Shown here piece by piece: positions 31,692 through 41,354 of a stretch of DNA of 64,000 nucleotides. The translations under genes were made by a program, and so were the position numbers. This DNA is from an uncultured bacterium (GTDB lineage: Bacteria > Chloroflexota > UBA5177 > JANWHV01), in contig CAVSOU010000007.1 in assembly GCA_963729625.1 (NCBI GenBank), forward strand, positions 288,001-352,000, written 5' to 3'. Each line of letters starts with the position of its first letter. Within the stretch, counting starts at the first letter, position 1. Below the pieces are notes generated by a model, which ran no database searches, was not told where the DNA came from, and saw only the letters and a list, made by a program, of their open reading frames with translations.

Positions 31692-32510
31692 TCAACCCGC
31701 CATCGTAGCCGGTGTGACCTTGCGAATGACGAACTCCTTTGTACGATCCAATCGTTCGACCTCGCGTCCCGCAAACAGGGTGTCATACCAGGCAATCAGC
31801 TCTCGCAGGCACGCGTCGAACACGTCGTCAGGAAGACGCCACGTCTGCGACCATAGCCGCCTCCGAATCGAATCAAGCTCCTCCGCCAGCGAGACTGTCG
31901 ACTGCCACGATACCGGCCTGAGCTCTTGAACAGAAAGGTTCGGCATAGTCGATTGTAGACCGTCGATAAGGCGTGCTACGGCCTGAGACGAGTTCGGCAC
32001 GGCGAAACCCCGGCGGTTGACAATCTCACTCCATTTCTCCGTGACCGACGGCGTAGCGGCACCGTCAACCATGTCTCCACAGATCAGCAGTGTCCCACCC
32101 GGGCGAAGCACGCGAAAGGCTTCCTGAGCAGCACGCACAGGATCCGCCACAAGGTGAAAGACCTGAACGGCGATGACCGCATCGAATTCCGCGTCATGAA
32201 ACGGCATGTCGTGTATGTCGGCTTCCTCAGCGCGAATTCGTATGGAACGGCCCGCGCGGGCGAGCGCGGTCACCTTCTCATGGAGCCGTGCAAGCATCTC
32301 GCGAGAAATGTCGACACCTGTCACGTCGTATCCAAGCTCGGCCAGTGGAAGTGCAATTCGGCCTGTCCCGATGCCGATCTCGAGAAATCGCGTGTTCGGG
32401 TTGGCGTCAACGGCCGCTGCCAGACTCCGGCCGATTGCCGAGGCGACCTCGCCGTCATAGCCGCGCGTCGCATCATAATAGTCCGCGGCGCGGTCGAAGT
32501 TGATCGACAT
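31692..32510 (-). CDS. Class I SAM-dependent methyltransferase
   Basis: FDRAADYYD, LEIGIGTGR, GVDISREML, RVLRPGG. Confidence 0.92.
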   Translation of the reverse strand: MSINFDRAADYYDATRGYDGEVASAIGRSLAAAVDANPNTRFLEIGIGTGRIALPLAELGYDVTGVDISREMLARLHEKVTALARAGRSIRIRAEEADIHDMPFHDAEFDAVIAVQVFHLVADPVRAAQEAFRVLRPGGTLLICGDMVDGAATPSVTEKWSEIVNRRGFAVPNSSQAVARLIDGLQSTMPNLSVQELRPVSWQSTVSLAEELDSIRRRLWSQTWRLPDDVFDACLRELIAWYDTLFAGREVERLDRTKEFVIRKVTPATMAG

Positions 32511-32983
32511 GACACTTGCTTTCACTTGCGGAGGCGGCGAAGAGGCTGCACGGAACGGCATCCAGGTGCGGACTGCGATCGAGCGTCGTGCCCGCTGCAG
32601 CAACTGATCTTCATCGTACCCGAATTCGCTTCGCGGCCGGATAGAGTTGGCAACCCACGAGGGGCCCGCTCGCTCGGCGATCGATGGTGCGGTCGCGTGC
32701 TGACCTGCGCACCAGGGGACTTTGCGTTGCGAGCGGCGCAAATCAGCTCAGCAGACTCAGCCAGGCAGGGGACAAACAAGGGCCTGCCGCGCCGCCGCTC
32801 GAACGAGTCGATCCATCCTGCAATCCAGGCAGTCAGGAGCGGGATGGCTTCAATCGAGCAGCTTCAAGCTTGGCGTCGAGCAGGGAGACGTGACTCCAGG
32901 CCAACAGGCTGAGTCACCCGAAACGTCGAGATCGTGCGGAGGTGGATGCCACGCACGGCACGCTAAGAAAGCGTGGAGCAGAC

Positions 32984-33428
32984 CTACAGCCCGGTGCTGC
33001 CAAACCCACCGCGACTCGGTGCGTCCATAGTCTGGACTTCGTCCCACTCGGCTCGGTCGACGCGGACGAAGATGCCCTGGGCGACACGCTCGCCTCGGCG
33101 AACGCTTACAGGAGCCTGAGTAAAGTTGTAGACCTGACACAGAATCTCATCGCCATCACCGCAGTAATCCTGGTCGATAACACCGATTCCGTGCGGCACT
33201 GAGAGGCCTTTTCGGCGAGCCGTCGAGCTTCGGGCGGTCACCACGAGCATGTAGCCAACCGGCGTGGCTACAGCCACGCCCGTCGGGAGCAGAGCAACCT
33301 GTCCGGACCCGACAACCACATCCTCACGGCAATAAAGGTCGAAACCAACCGACCCTGGTGACGAGTATGCGGGCAGGGGCAGGTCAGGATCGAATCCGGC
33401 GGATGCGAACGACCAGGTTCTCAGCCAT
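32984..33428 (-). pseudogene. dut: dUTPase with a 1-nt insertion near 33393 (true frameshift or assembly error)
   Basis: MAENLVVRIRR in one frame; DPDLPLPAYSSPGSVGFDL...GVIDQDY...RGGFGSTG in the next. Confidence 0.88.
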
Positions 33429-34257
33429 GGGGCAGTATGATGCCACCGGAGCTAACGGGACCGCTGGATTGAGAGAGAGGACGGCCATAAGGATCGACGA
33501 GGCCGGATGGGCGCTGAACCGGCGGCGGCGGCGAATCTTCCGCTTGAGCACCAAGGCGCGTGGCGATCTCGATGAACCGCTCCGTAATTGCCTTCGCAGG
33601 GACGCCATACATTTCCGAAAGCTCATCGAGGTCCGGCTCAAGGCCGTCCAGAGCCAACACCGACATGTGCACGGCGGCGGCCCAGATCCGCACATCGCCT
33701 GCGAGGACCTGGTCTTCGCGAAGCGCTCTCCAGAAGCGGATACCTTGCTCGAGCATGTGCAAGCCAAGATGGTCGGACTGCAGACCACCGATGAGCAGCT
33801 TGTCCCCCGCTTCCAGCTGCTCAGGATGCAGGATATCGAGCTGAGCCTCGCCGTTATAGAACATCACTGTTGGCTCAAGAATGACGTCAACACTGAAATC
33901 GAGGTCCGCAGGCACGGGCCAGATATCGTCGATCTTCCAAGTGCCGCGCTCGGACGTCAAGACGACCGTGCTGACGGACACGTCGTCGCCATTCTCGTTA
34001 CGACCACGAACCTCGGCGACGGCCAAATCGTCCCCTATCTCCGCCATTGAGAGGCCAACTTGCTGGGGATTCGCAGCAAGGCCCAGGGGAATGCCGATAG
34101 CGCTCATGCCGAACAGCGAGAGCCCTTCACGTTTGAGGCTCTTCGCAGACAACAATTGGAGCACCGCGGGTACGTCGTCGTGCAGCACCGCGTCGATCAG
34201 GGCCGTAACCGGCGCAACGACCGGCGCGACTTGCGCCTCTTCCTGGCGTGAAGACAT
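33421..34257 (-). CDS. Hypothetical acidic protein
   Basis: 278-aa ORF overlapping the dut start; no motif recognised. Confidence 0.75.
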   Translation of the reverse strand: MSSRQEEAQVAPVVAPVTALIDAVLHDDVPAVLQLLSAKSLKREGLSLFGMSAIGIPLGLAANPQQVGLSMAEIGDDLAVAEVRGRNENGDDVSVSTVVLTSERGTWKIDDIWPVPADLDFSVDVILEPTVMFYNGEAQLDILHPEQLEAGDKLLIGGLQSDHLGLHMLEQGIRFWRALREDQVLAGDVRIWAAAVHMSVLALDGLEPDLDELSEMYGVPAKAITERFIEIATRLGAQAEDSPPPPVQRPSGLVDPYGRPLSQSSGPVSSGGIILPHG

Positions 34258-34418
34258 TTCAGCTGGTCCCTTCGCTCACGTGCCAGGCGCTCAGCGGTGG
34301 TTGCAGGCAGGCACTCGACCGATCCTAGCATCCTTGGGCCGTAGCACACAAATTGCGGTCGGCTGTCACGACAGGTCGTGCCACGCCCATTCGCACAGTT
34401 CAGCCAGCTTCCCGGTCT

Positions 34419-34455
34419 GCGAGCGAAGCGGGCCACGGCAGCTCGCTTCGCTCGC
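34419..34455. terminator. 15-bp GC-rich hairpin after the fumC stop (terminator or REP-like)
   Basis: GCGAGCGAAGCGGGC-cacggca-GCTCGCTTCGCTCGC; no U-tract. Confidence 0.55.
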
Positions 34456-34461
34456 GTGCGG

Positions 34462-35878
34462 CTACTTCGGACGGACCATCTTCTCCGGCCGCACCCAGCT
34501 GTCGAAGTCTTCAGGGCTAACCAGGGCAAGAGCGACGGCCGCTTCCTTCAACGTGCTGCCGTCATGATGTGCCTTCTTGGCAACCCGTGCGGCATTGTCG
34601 TATCCGATGTGCGGGTTCAGAGCAGTCACCAGCATCAGGCTGTCCGACACGTACGCAGCAATGCGCTTCGCGTCTGGCTCGATCCCCACAACACAGTGCA
34701 GGCGAAAACTCCTCGCCGAATCGGCCAGCAGTCGGACGGAATGCAAGAAGTTGTGAATGATCACTGTCTTGAATACATTCAGCTCGAAATTGCCGCTGGC
34801 TCCGCCTATATTGATCGCAACGTCGTTCCCGAGCACCTGCGCGCACACCATGGTCACGGCTTCACTCTGCGTGGGATTCACCTTCCCCGGCATGATCGAG
34901 CTTCCCGGCTCGTTCTCGGGAATGACCAGCTCTCCAATACCGCACCTCGGGCCACTGGCCAACCAGCGAATGTCGTTGGCAATCTTATTCATCGCGCATG
35001 CCAACGTCTTCAATGCGCCATGCGCTTCGACAATGGCATCATGGCTGGCCAGCGCCTCGAACTTGTTCTCGGCTGTGACAAAGGGGAGCCCGGTCAACTC
35101 GGCAATTCTGGCTGCGCTACGAGCGGCATACTCGCGGTGCGCGTTAAGGCCGGTGCCGACGGCCGTCCCTCCCAGCGCCAGCTCATAAAGATGCGGCAAG
35201 GAATGGTCGATGGCCCGAAGCGCGTGATCGAGCTGAGACGCGTATCCGGAGAATTCCTGGCCAAGGGTCAGCGGCGTCGCATCTTGCAGGTGCGTTCGAC
35301 CGATTTTCACCACGTCCTTGAACGCCTCGGCCTTATCACTCAACGCATCCCGCAACGCTGCGACCTCGGGCTTGAGCAGATGCTCAATCTGCTCGACGGC
35401 AGCAATGTGCATTGCCGTCGGAAACGTGTCGTTCGATGACTGGCTCTTGTTGACGTCGTCATTCGGATGGATGGGCTTCTTTGACCCGAGGACCCCGCCC
35501 GCGATCTCGATTGCTCGATTCGAGATCACTTCATTTGCGTTCATGTTCGTCTGGGTGCCGCTCCCCGTCTGCCACACGTGCAACGGAAAGTGTTCGTCCA
35601 GATTGCCCGCTATCACCTCGTCCGCCGCTCGTACGATCAGGTCCAGCTTCTCCTGTGACAAGAGCCCGAGATCGCCATTGGTGAGCGCTGCCGCCTTCTT
35701 GAGTATCCCCAGCGCCCAGATGACGGGGCGTGTAAATCGGTCCTCGCCAATGTCGAAATAGCGGAGGGAGCGCTGCGTTTGAGCACCCCAATATCGATCG
35801 GACTTGGACCTGGATCTCACCCATGCTGTCCGATTCAATGCGTGTCTTCTCCGCGCCAGTCTCCAAGGTCGTGGTCAT
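34462..35878 (-). pseudogene. fumC: Class II fumarate hydratase with a 1-nt frameshift near 35805
   Basis: [24 protein letters not shown] in one frame; [12 protein letters not shown]...[11 protein letters not shown] in another. Confidence 0.9.
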
Positions 35879-36101
35879 CGCTTCCTCCCATTGGTGGTGA
35901 GTAGCGCCAGGTGCTATCTCCTCTGAGGTACACGAAGCGACACCGGCATGTTGGCAGCCGCCGAAGAGATAGCCTGAGCGTGAACAGGATCATGGTTCAG
36001 TATAGCTGGGCAGCTGCGCTTCTCGAATACCTCGCCGCGAAGCAGCGCCCCGCCCGTTTTGCCTCGCGGGCCGAACGATCGAAAGCCGCAGGGTGAAGAT
36101 C

Positions 36102-37088
36102 CTAGCAGCCTATCTCGATGTCTCGTAAGACCATCAGCAGGAAGGCATGTGAGGGAGCGAACTGGCGCCCGACAGTCACCCTGAGCTCGGCAATAGCTTC
36201 GTCGGGATCTCGAGGCTCACGGTAGGGGCGGCCCGATCGAATTGCTTCATACGCGTCGGCAAGGCCGATCAGTTGAGCATGCAGCGGGATAGCGCCGCCG
36301 GAAAGGCGGTCAGGATATCCCGTGCCGTCCCATCGCTCGTGATGATGGCGGATGGCCGGGGCGAGGTGGGCAAGGCTCGCTACCCGCCGAATTATGCGAT
36401 CTCCGGCGGCCGGATGGATCCGCATGGAAGTCCACTCTCCGTCGGACAGGGCCGCGCGTTTGCGAAGCAACTGGTTGGATACACCTATCTTGCCTATGTC
36501 ATGCAGCATTGCCGCCGTCTCGAGCGCAAGCAGAGCAGGGGGTTGAAGGTCCATGGCGCCGCCAAGACTCGTGACGAGCCGCCGTACAGTGTAGCTGTGT
36601 CTGGCTGTGGCCGGCTCGTGAATTTCGAGCATTTGCATCATCGCGTCAGCCGCTTGCTGGACGCTTTCGAGACGCCCGAATGAAGCGAGCAGCAGCGCGC
36701 GCACATGCGCAGCGTACGCTCTCGCCAGCGACACGTACTCGTGCTGGCTGGCCACGTATCCATGGTCATACAACAGAACCAGCGCTCCGCGAACACCGTA
36801 CACGGGTCCAATTGGTGACGCTGCCAACCCGGGCTGGCTCACGCACTCACCGCGCTCGAGCGCGTGCAAGGCATGCGCCCGCCAAGCGCTCAGGTGACCG
36901 CGCCCAGCAGTCAGATCCGCGAGATCGCCCTCCTGGGAAGCGATCAGGACGCGTGCTCCTATCCCGGCATCCGATGCGTCATCAAGGATCGCTTGGAGAG
37001 CAGGCCGCAGCAGCGGGTCGCACTCCCAGAGCGATCTGCTTTCGTGTGTCGCCCGTCTAGCCGGCGACAGCCTCGCGACATGTGGCAT
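36102..37088 (-). CDS. HD-GYP cyclic dinucleotide phosphodiesterase with degenerate GAF-like N-terminus
   Basis: HSYTV, MLHDIGK, HHERWDGTGYP, ADAYEAI, RPYR; GGGAGGG RBS. Confidence 0.9.
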   Translation of the reverse strand: MPHVARLSPARRATHESRSLWECDPLLRPALQAILDDASDAGIGARVLIASQEGDLADLTAGRGHLSAWRAHALHALERGECVSQPGLAASPIGPVYGVRGALVLLYDHGYVASQHEYVSLARAYAAHVRALLLASFGRLESVQQAADAMMQMLEIHEPATARHSYTVRRLVTSLGGAMDLQPPALLALETAAMLHDIGKIGVSNQLLRKRAALSDGEWTSMRIHPAAGDRIIRRVASLAHLAPAIRHHHERWDGTGYPDRLSGGAIPLHAQLIGLADAYEAIRSGRPYREPRDPDEAIAELRVTVGRQFAPSHAFLLMVLRDIEIGC

Positions 37089-37311
37089 TGGTCGAAGCCC
37101 TCCCGTAAAGACGCGGCAACAAGATGGTTGCAAACGTGCGCAGATCGCGAGCCTGGATGTCAGCCACCATCGCTGCATCCTTGGGCGAGAGACCAAACTT
37201 CAGTGCCGTGGCACGGGGGTTGCCGAGCAGGTCTGCGCCAAAAGAATGATCGACCGCAGCGGTTCCAATGAGACGCTCAAACCCTGCGTGCAATGTTGGA
37301 TGAGGAGCCAT
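37057..37311 (-). CDS. Small NHLP/Nif11-leader-like protein (84 aa)
   Basis: ERLIGTAAVDHSFGADLLGNPRATALKFGLS resembles the A..D..F...LL.NP...L...GL leader pattern; GAAAGGG RBS. Confidence 0.72.
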   Translation of the reverse strand: MAPHPTLHAGFERLIGTAAVDHSFGADLLGNPRATALKFGLSPKDAAMVADIQARDLRTFATILLPRLYGRASTNATCREAVAG

Positions 37312-37339
37312 GTGTCAATGCCCTTTCAGTTCTCGCCGA

Positions 37340-37657
37340 TTACTGGTGCGCCACGTGAAGAGGCCGGCCGGTGATGCCGCTGGCGCTGCTGAGTTTGGCG
37401 TGCAGAGGTCGCCCGGTGATGCCGCTGGCGCTGCTGAGCTTGGCGTGCAGTGGGCCGCCGGTGAGGCCGCTGGCGTTGTTGAGCTTGACGCGCAGTGGGC
37501 CGCTGGTGATGCCGCTGGCGCTGTTGAGCTTGACGTGCAGTGGGCCGCTGGTGATGCCGCTGGCGGTCGCGTGGACCTGCGAATCGGCGTTGACGGCAAC
37601 GGTACAGCCCGCGGCGAGAACGATCGCGACGGCAAGACCTCGCATTGCGCGAATCAT
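37340..37657 (-). CDS. Secreted precursor with five tandem 15-aa repeats (105 aa)
   Basis: AGAGGAG RBS; signal peptide MIRAMRGLAVAIVLAAGCTVAVNA; repeats of type ASGITSGPLHVKLNS. Confidence 0.85.
   Translation of the reverse strand: MIRAMRGLAVAIVLAAGCTVAVNADSQVHATASGITSGPLHVKLNSASGITSGPLRVKLNNASGLTGGPLHAKLSSASGITGRPLHAKLSSASGITGRPLHVAHQ
37352..37565. repeat. 45-bp coding tandem repeat, about 4.7 copies
   Basis: GTGA(T/G)GCCGCTGGCG recurs at 37371, 37416, 37461, 37506 and 37551. Confidence 0.95.
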
Positions 37658-37868
37658 GGCAAGATACTCCTCTAGGACTAATGTTCCAAACCAAAGCAAA
37701 GTTCACTGCCTGAACATGGTCTGACAGACACGCCGTACCCACATCGGCTCACGTGTGACCGCCGCTAGCTGCAGCCACGGCCGGATAGCAAAACCAACCC
37801 GGAATGATACCAGGACACTACTCGTCTGTTCGCGCCCACAGACCCGCAATATCGGCGGCCAAGTGACA

Positions 37869-37874
37869 TATAAT
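37869..37874 (+). promoter_or_regulatory. Candidate -10 box for the STAND-BTAD gene
   Basis: TATAAT in GC-rich DNA about 110 nt upstream of 37987; no clear -35. Confidence 0.35.
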
Positions 37875-37986
37875 AGCTGTGGCCGTAACCGCGCCCTCGA
37901 AACCTGGTCTGGCCACTTGCCGCCGTAGGCAGGTTAGCACAGGGACCCTGAGCGCACCCTGAGACGGTTTCAGGAGAGAGTAGCCC

Positions 37987-40900
37987 GTGGCAGTCGGCGA
38001 CGTACCCGGCAATCCACCCTGGTCCACGGCAAAAACGCGCGTCCCCATGCCGCGAATCCTCGTGTCGCGGCCGCGGCTGATCCATCCGCTGAACCTCGCC
38101 GCGACGTCCGGACGCGTCACGCTGATCGTCGCCCCCGGCGGCTCCGGGAAGAGCTCCCTGGTGGCAGACTGGACGCGACAGGCGTCGATGCCGGTTGCAT
38201 GGTATACGGTGGATGCCGCGGACCGCGACATACGCCGGCTGGCCGCGGGACTCTGCGGCGCCATCGCCCGCGTGTTGCCGGGGGTCGCAGATGCCGCGTT
38301 TCGCGCGATCGACAGCGGAGCGACTGAAGTCGCCGCAATCGGCCTGCTTCTGGACCGGCTCGAAGATCACTCGATAACCCTCGTACTGGACGACTTCCAC
38401 CATCTTGACGGCTTACCAGAGGCCACGGCCCTGTGGGAACATTTCTTCCGCTTCAGGCCGCCGACCATGGCGCTCACCATTCTCTCGCGCACGGTGCCGA
38501 TCTTGGGCTTTGCCATGCTCGCCGCGATGGACGCCCTGCTGGGCTTGGGACGCACGGACCTGAGCTTCGCGCTTGACGAAGCAGCTGAGTTACTTGCTAA
38601 GCATGGATTGGATCCGGCGCCGGCCGCTCAGTTCGTGGCGCGCACCGACGGTTGGGCGACCGGTCTGCTCATGCTTGCGCGGTCCGCTCCGAGCGGGGTT
38701 CGCCAGCTCCACGTGAGTGTGGACACGCTCATGGATCAGCTCGGAGCCGAGCTCCTCAGCTCGTTGTCGCCCGACCTTCGCACGTTCCTGCTCGAAAGCG
38801 CGTCGCTGGGGCCTGTGACAGCCGATGAGGCAGACGAGATTATCCAACACACTCGCAGCCAGGCCCTGTTCGCGGACATATTGCAACGCGGGCTCTTCCT
38901 CACCAGGGACGGTACGACATATCGCTACCACGACCTCTTCGCCGATTACTTCATCGCAGTCCTGCGCGCCGAGGCGCCTACCAAGCTGCGTGCCATCCGC
39001 GAGCGCGCCTCCGCGTACTGGTGCGCTCAGGGAGACTTGCCTCGCGCGCTAGGCCTGCTGGCCGACGACGGCAACTGGCGGGCGCTTGCTTCCCTGCTCG
39101 AATCGCAGAGAGGTGCGCTGTGGGATCAGGCAATGTGGGGAACAGCCATAGACATGGTCGATCGCTTGCCGGAGAGCCAGCGAACGCCGCGCGTATTGGC
39201 GTTAAGTGCAGCGTGTCATGCCTCACGCGGTGAATATGCCCTCGCCCTGTCACGTGCCGACGCCGGAATGGCGGCCGCAAGAGACGAAAGCGAGTGGCTT
39301 AGCTGTGCCGTAACGCACGCAGATACGTTGCACGGCGAAGGCAGGCTCGAGGAATGTTCGCGGAGCGCCGAAGCCGCTCTTGCCGTCGCACGGCAGATTG
39401 GGCATGCTGCGGCGATAACCCGTCTCCTTAGCTTGCGGGGCCGCGCTCGGCTGGGTCTCGGTATGACGGAGGCAGGTATGGTTGACATGGCGGCGGCGCT
39501 GGACGCCCACGCTGCCGATCGAGACGTGGATGCGGAGGCCATCACGCTCTACAACCTGGCTTTGAGCCTAACCGAAGCCGGTCGCTGCACGGGATGCGAC
39601 GAGTATTTTGCACGTGCTGCGGCAATCTGGAGCCGGAAGGGTGACATGCAGCGGCTCGCGGCAGTGCTTAACCTTCGCGCAATCCATCAGTGGCAAACCG
39701 GCAACCTGCGGGCAGCCGAGGAGGATGCTCGCGCGGCGTTGTCGACACTCGGCGAGGCCGGTTCCCCACTCCGGGCCTGCGAGATCATGGCTACTTTGTG
39801 CATCGTCTGCGCCGAGAAGTCAGACATCACCGAGGCCGAGAATCTCGCTCCTAGAACCATCGAGCTGTGCGAGCGCGTCTATGCAGTTGCAGCCGCGAAT
39901 GAAGCGAGGCGGTCGCTCATTTGGTGCGCGCTGGTGCGACGCAATCGCTCCGGTACCAGGCAACTGATTGAGGACGCCCGACAACAACCCCTCACACCCA
40001 CGGACTCGGCGTTGCTTGACGTGCTCGAAGGTACGCTCGCGATCCGTGCGGGCGCTTATGCGCGAGCGGCCGACGTGCTTGGCGACGCCGCCCACAGACT
40101 CGAGGGGCTGCAGCGGCCTCAGTACGCGGCCCGTGCGCTGATACTTCGCGCCGAGGCGCTCTTGGCAGGTGGCTCGGTCAGTCGCGCCGAGGAGGCGTTG
40201 AATCACCTGGCGACGCTGGTCCTGCCATTGGGGTGCGACGGCTTCCTACGACCCGTAACGCGCATGACGCGCCAGGTCCTCGCCGAGCGGCAGATCTTGC
40301 GAAAGCTGCGGAGAGATACGCGGGATTTGCTGGAGCAGCTAGCCGCCGGGACACCAACGCTGACCGTTGTGACGCAGTCACGCAAGTCGGAAAGCGCGCC
40401 GCCGCTTCTACGTGTCTCACCATTTGGCCCGGGTAAGCTGTACTTCGACGGACGCACCATCGACGCAACCGCCTTGCCGCCGCGCGCACGTGAGGTACTA
40501 TGCTTTGTCACACACCAGAAGGGTTCGGCCGAGCGCAACACGCTCGTGGAGACCATCTGGGAGGGCGACGTGCGCGCGGCTCAGTCGCTCTGGGATGCGA
40601 GCCGGCACATTCGACGGCTGCTCGGGGAGCGGTACTGGACGACTCGCGGCGGGACGTATCGCTTGAACCTCGTGGTGAATGACGACGCGATCCAGGTTGA
40701 CGCAGACGTGGCTGCCATTCAGGGAACTGGTACCGACATCGAGAAGCTCGCCGCAGGCGAGCGTGTACTCGAGTTGATACAACCGGGCGCTTTCATGGAG
40801 TGGTGTGGAAGCCTCTGGGCAACGGCACTCCGCGCGCACTACGGTCAGCTTGCGCTATCGGCGGCCCTAGCGACCGCGGCGCTGTACGATCGGTTGGGGC

Positions 40901-41166
40901 GCGCGATGGAGGGTACCTCGACGCTGCGCCAGGCCATCGCTATCGACCCCCTTGACGAGCGTCCACGCGAAGCCCTGGTTCGCTGCCTGAGCGCCCAGGG
41001 GTTAGTGCAGCAGGCTGTCGATGAGTACCGTGCGTACCGCGCCCTGGTCCAGCAAGAGCTCGATGAAGAGCCTTCGCCGCAATTGCGGCGTTTGGTAGCG
41101 CGCCTGGGCAAGGCCATCGGGCAGGATGGCGACCCCGCGTCGGGCCCGCCTCGCCGGAGCCCATGA
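37987..41166 (+). CDS. MalT-like STAND NTPase - TPR - wHTH - BTAD transcriptional regulator
   Basis: APGGSGKS Walker A, LVLDDFH Walker B, TDGWATGL, YRYHDLF, TPR-like helices, C-terminal DPLDE...ELDEEPSP; GGAGAG RBS. Confidence 0.9.
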   Translation: MAVGDVPGNPPWSTAKTRVPMPRILVSRPRLIHPLNLAATSGRVTLIVAPGGSGKSSLVADWTRQASMPVAWYTVDAADRDIRRLAAGLCGAIARVLPGVADAAFRAIDSGATEVAAIGLLLDRLEDHSITLVLDDFHHLDGLPEATALWEHFFRFRPPTMALTILSRTVPILGFAMLAAMDALLGLGRTDLSFALDEAAELLAKHGLDPAPAAQFVARTDGWATGLLMLARSAPSGVRQLHVSVDTLMDQLGAELLSSLSPDLRTFLLESASLGPVTADEADEIIQHTRSQALFADILQRGLFLTRDGTTYRYHDLFADYFIAVLRAEAPTKLRAIRERASAYWCAQGDLPRALGLLADDGNWRALASLLESQRGALWDQAMWGTAIDMVDRLPESQRTPRVLALSAACHASRGEYALALSRADAGMAAARDESEWLSCAVTHADTLHGEGRLEECSRSAEAALAVARQIGHAAAITRLLSLRGRARLGLGMTEAGMVDMAAALDAHAADRDVDAEAITLYNLALSLTEAGRCTGCDEYFARAAAIWSRKGDMQRLAAVLNLRAIHQWQTGNLRAAEEDARAALSTLGEAGSPLRACEIMATLCIVCAEKSDITEAENLAPRTIELCERVYAVAAANEARRSLIWCALVRRNRSGTRQLIEDARQQPLTPTDSALLDVLEGTLAIRAGAYARAADVLGDAAHRLEGLQRPQYAARALILRAEALLAGGSVSRAEEALNHLATLVLPLGCDGFLRPVTRMTRQVLAERQILRKLRRDTRDLLEQLAAGTPTLTVVTQSRKSESAPPLLRVSPFGPGKLYFDGRTIDATALPPRAREVLCFVTHQKGSAERNTLVETIWEGDVRAAQSLWDASRHIRRLLGERYWTTRGGTYRLNLVVNDDAIQVDADVAAIQGTGTDIEKLAAGERVLELIQPGAFMEWCGSLWATALRAHYGQLALSAALATAALYDRLGRAMEGTSTLRQAIAIDPLDERPREALVRCLSAQGLVQQAVDEYRAYRALVQQELDEEPSPQLRRLVARLGKAIGQDGDPASGPPRRSP

Positions 41167-41354
41167 AGGGTGCAGGTCCACCCTTCCGAAAGTACTTTGG
41201 AGTGTGGGAGTACTGGGTGATTCCATGCAACGCGTAGGTCGAGTAACGTAGGTAGTAGAACGATGGCACGGCCGCGTCTTCGCACGTTTCGGCGAGCCGA
41301 ACATGAGGTATTGTGGTCGATTCAGGTTCAGGGTAGACTCGCGGGGGGCACACC

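Noticed and set aside
37352-37565. Possible CRISPR array
   Set aside because: Units are contiguous 45-bp in-frame repeats with no unique spacers, and there are no cas genes.
37057-37657. Classical RiPP biosynthetic cluster
   Set aside because: No modification enzyme, C39 peptidase or transporter in the window; enzymes encoded elsewhere cannot be excluded.
37310-37742. Alternative repeat ORFs in other frames (AAGDAAG, PAASPAA, QQRQRHH)
   Set aside because: Only the 37340-37657 frame has a clear RBS, a signal peptide and a fit to the operon.
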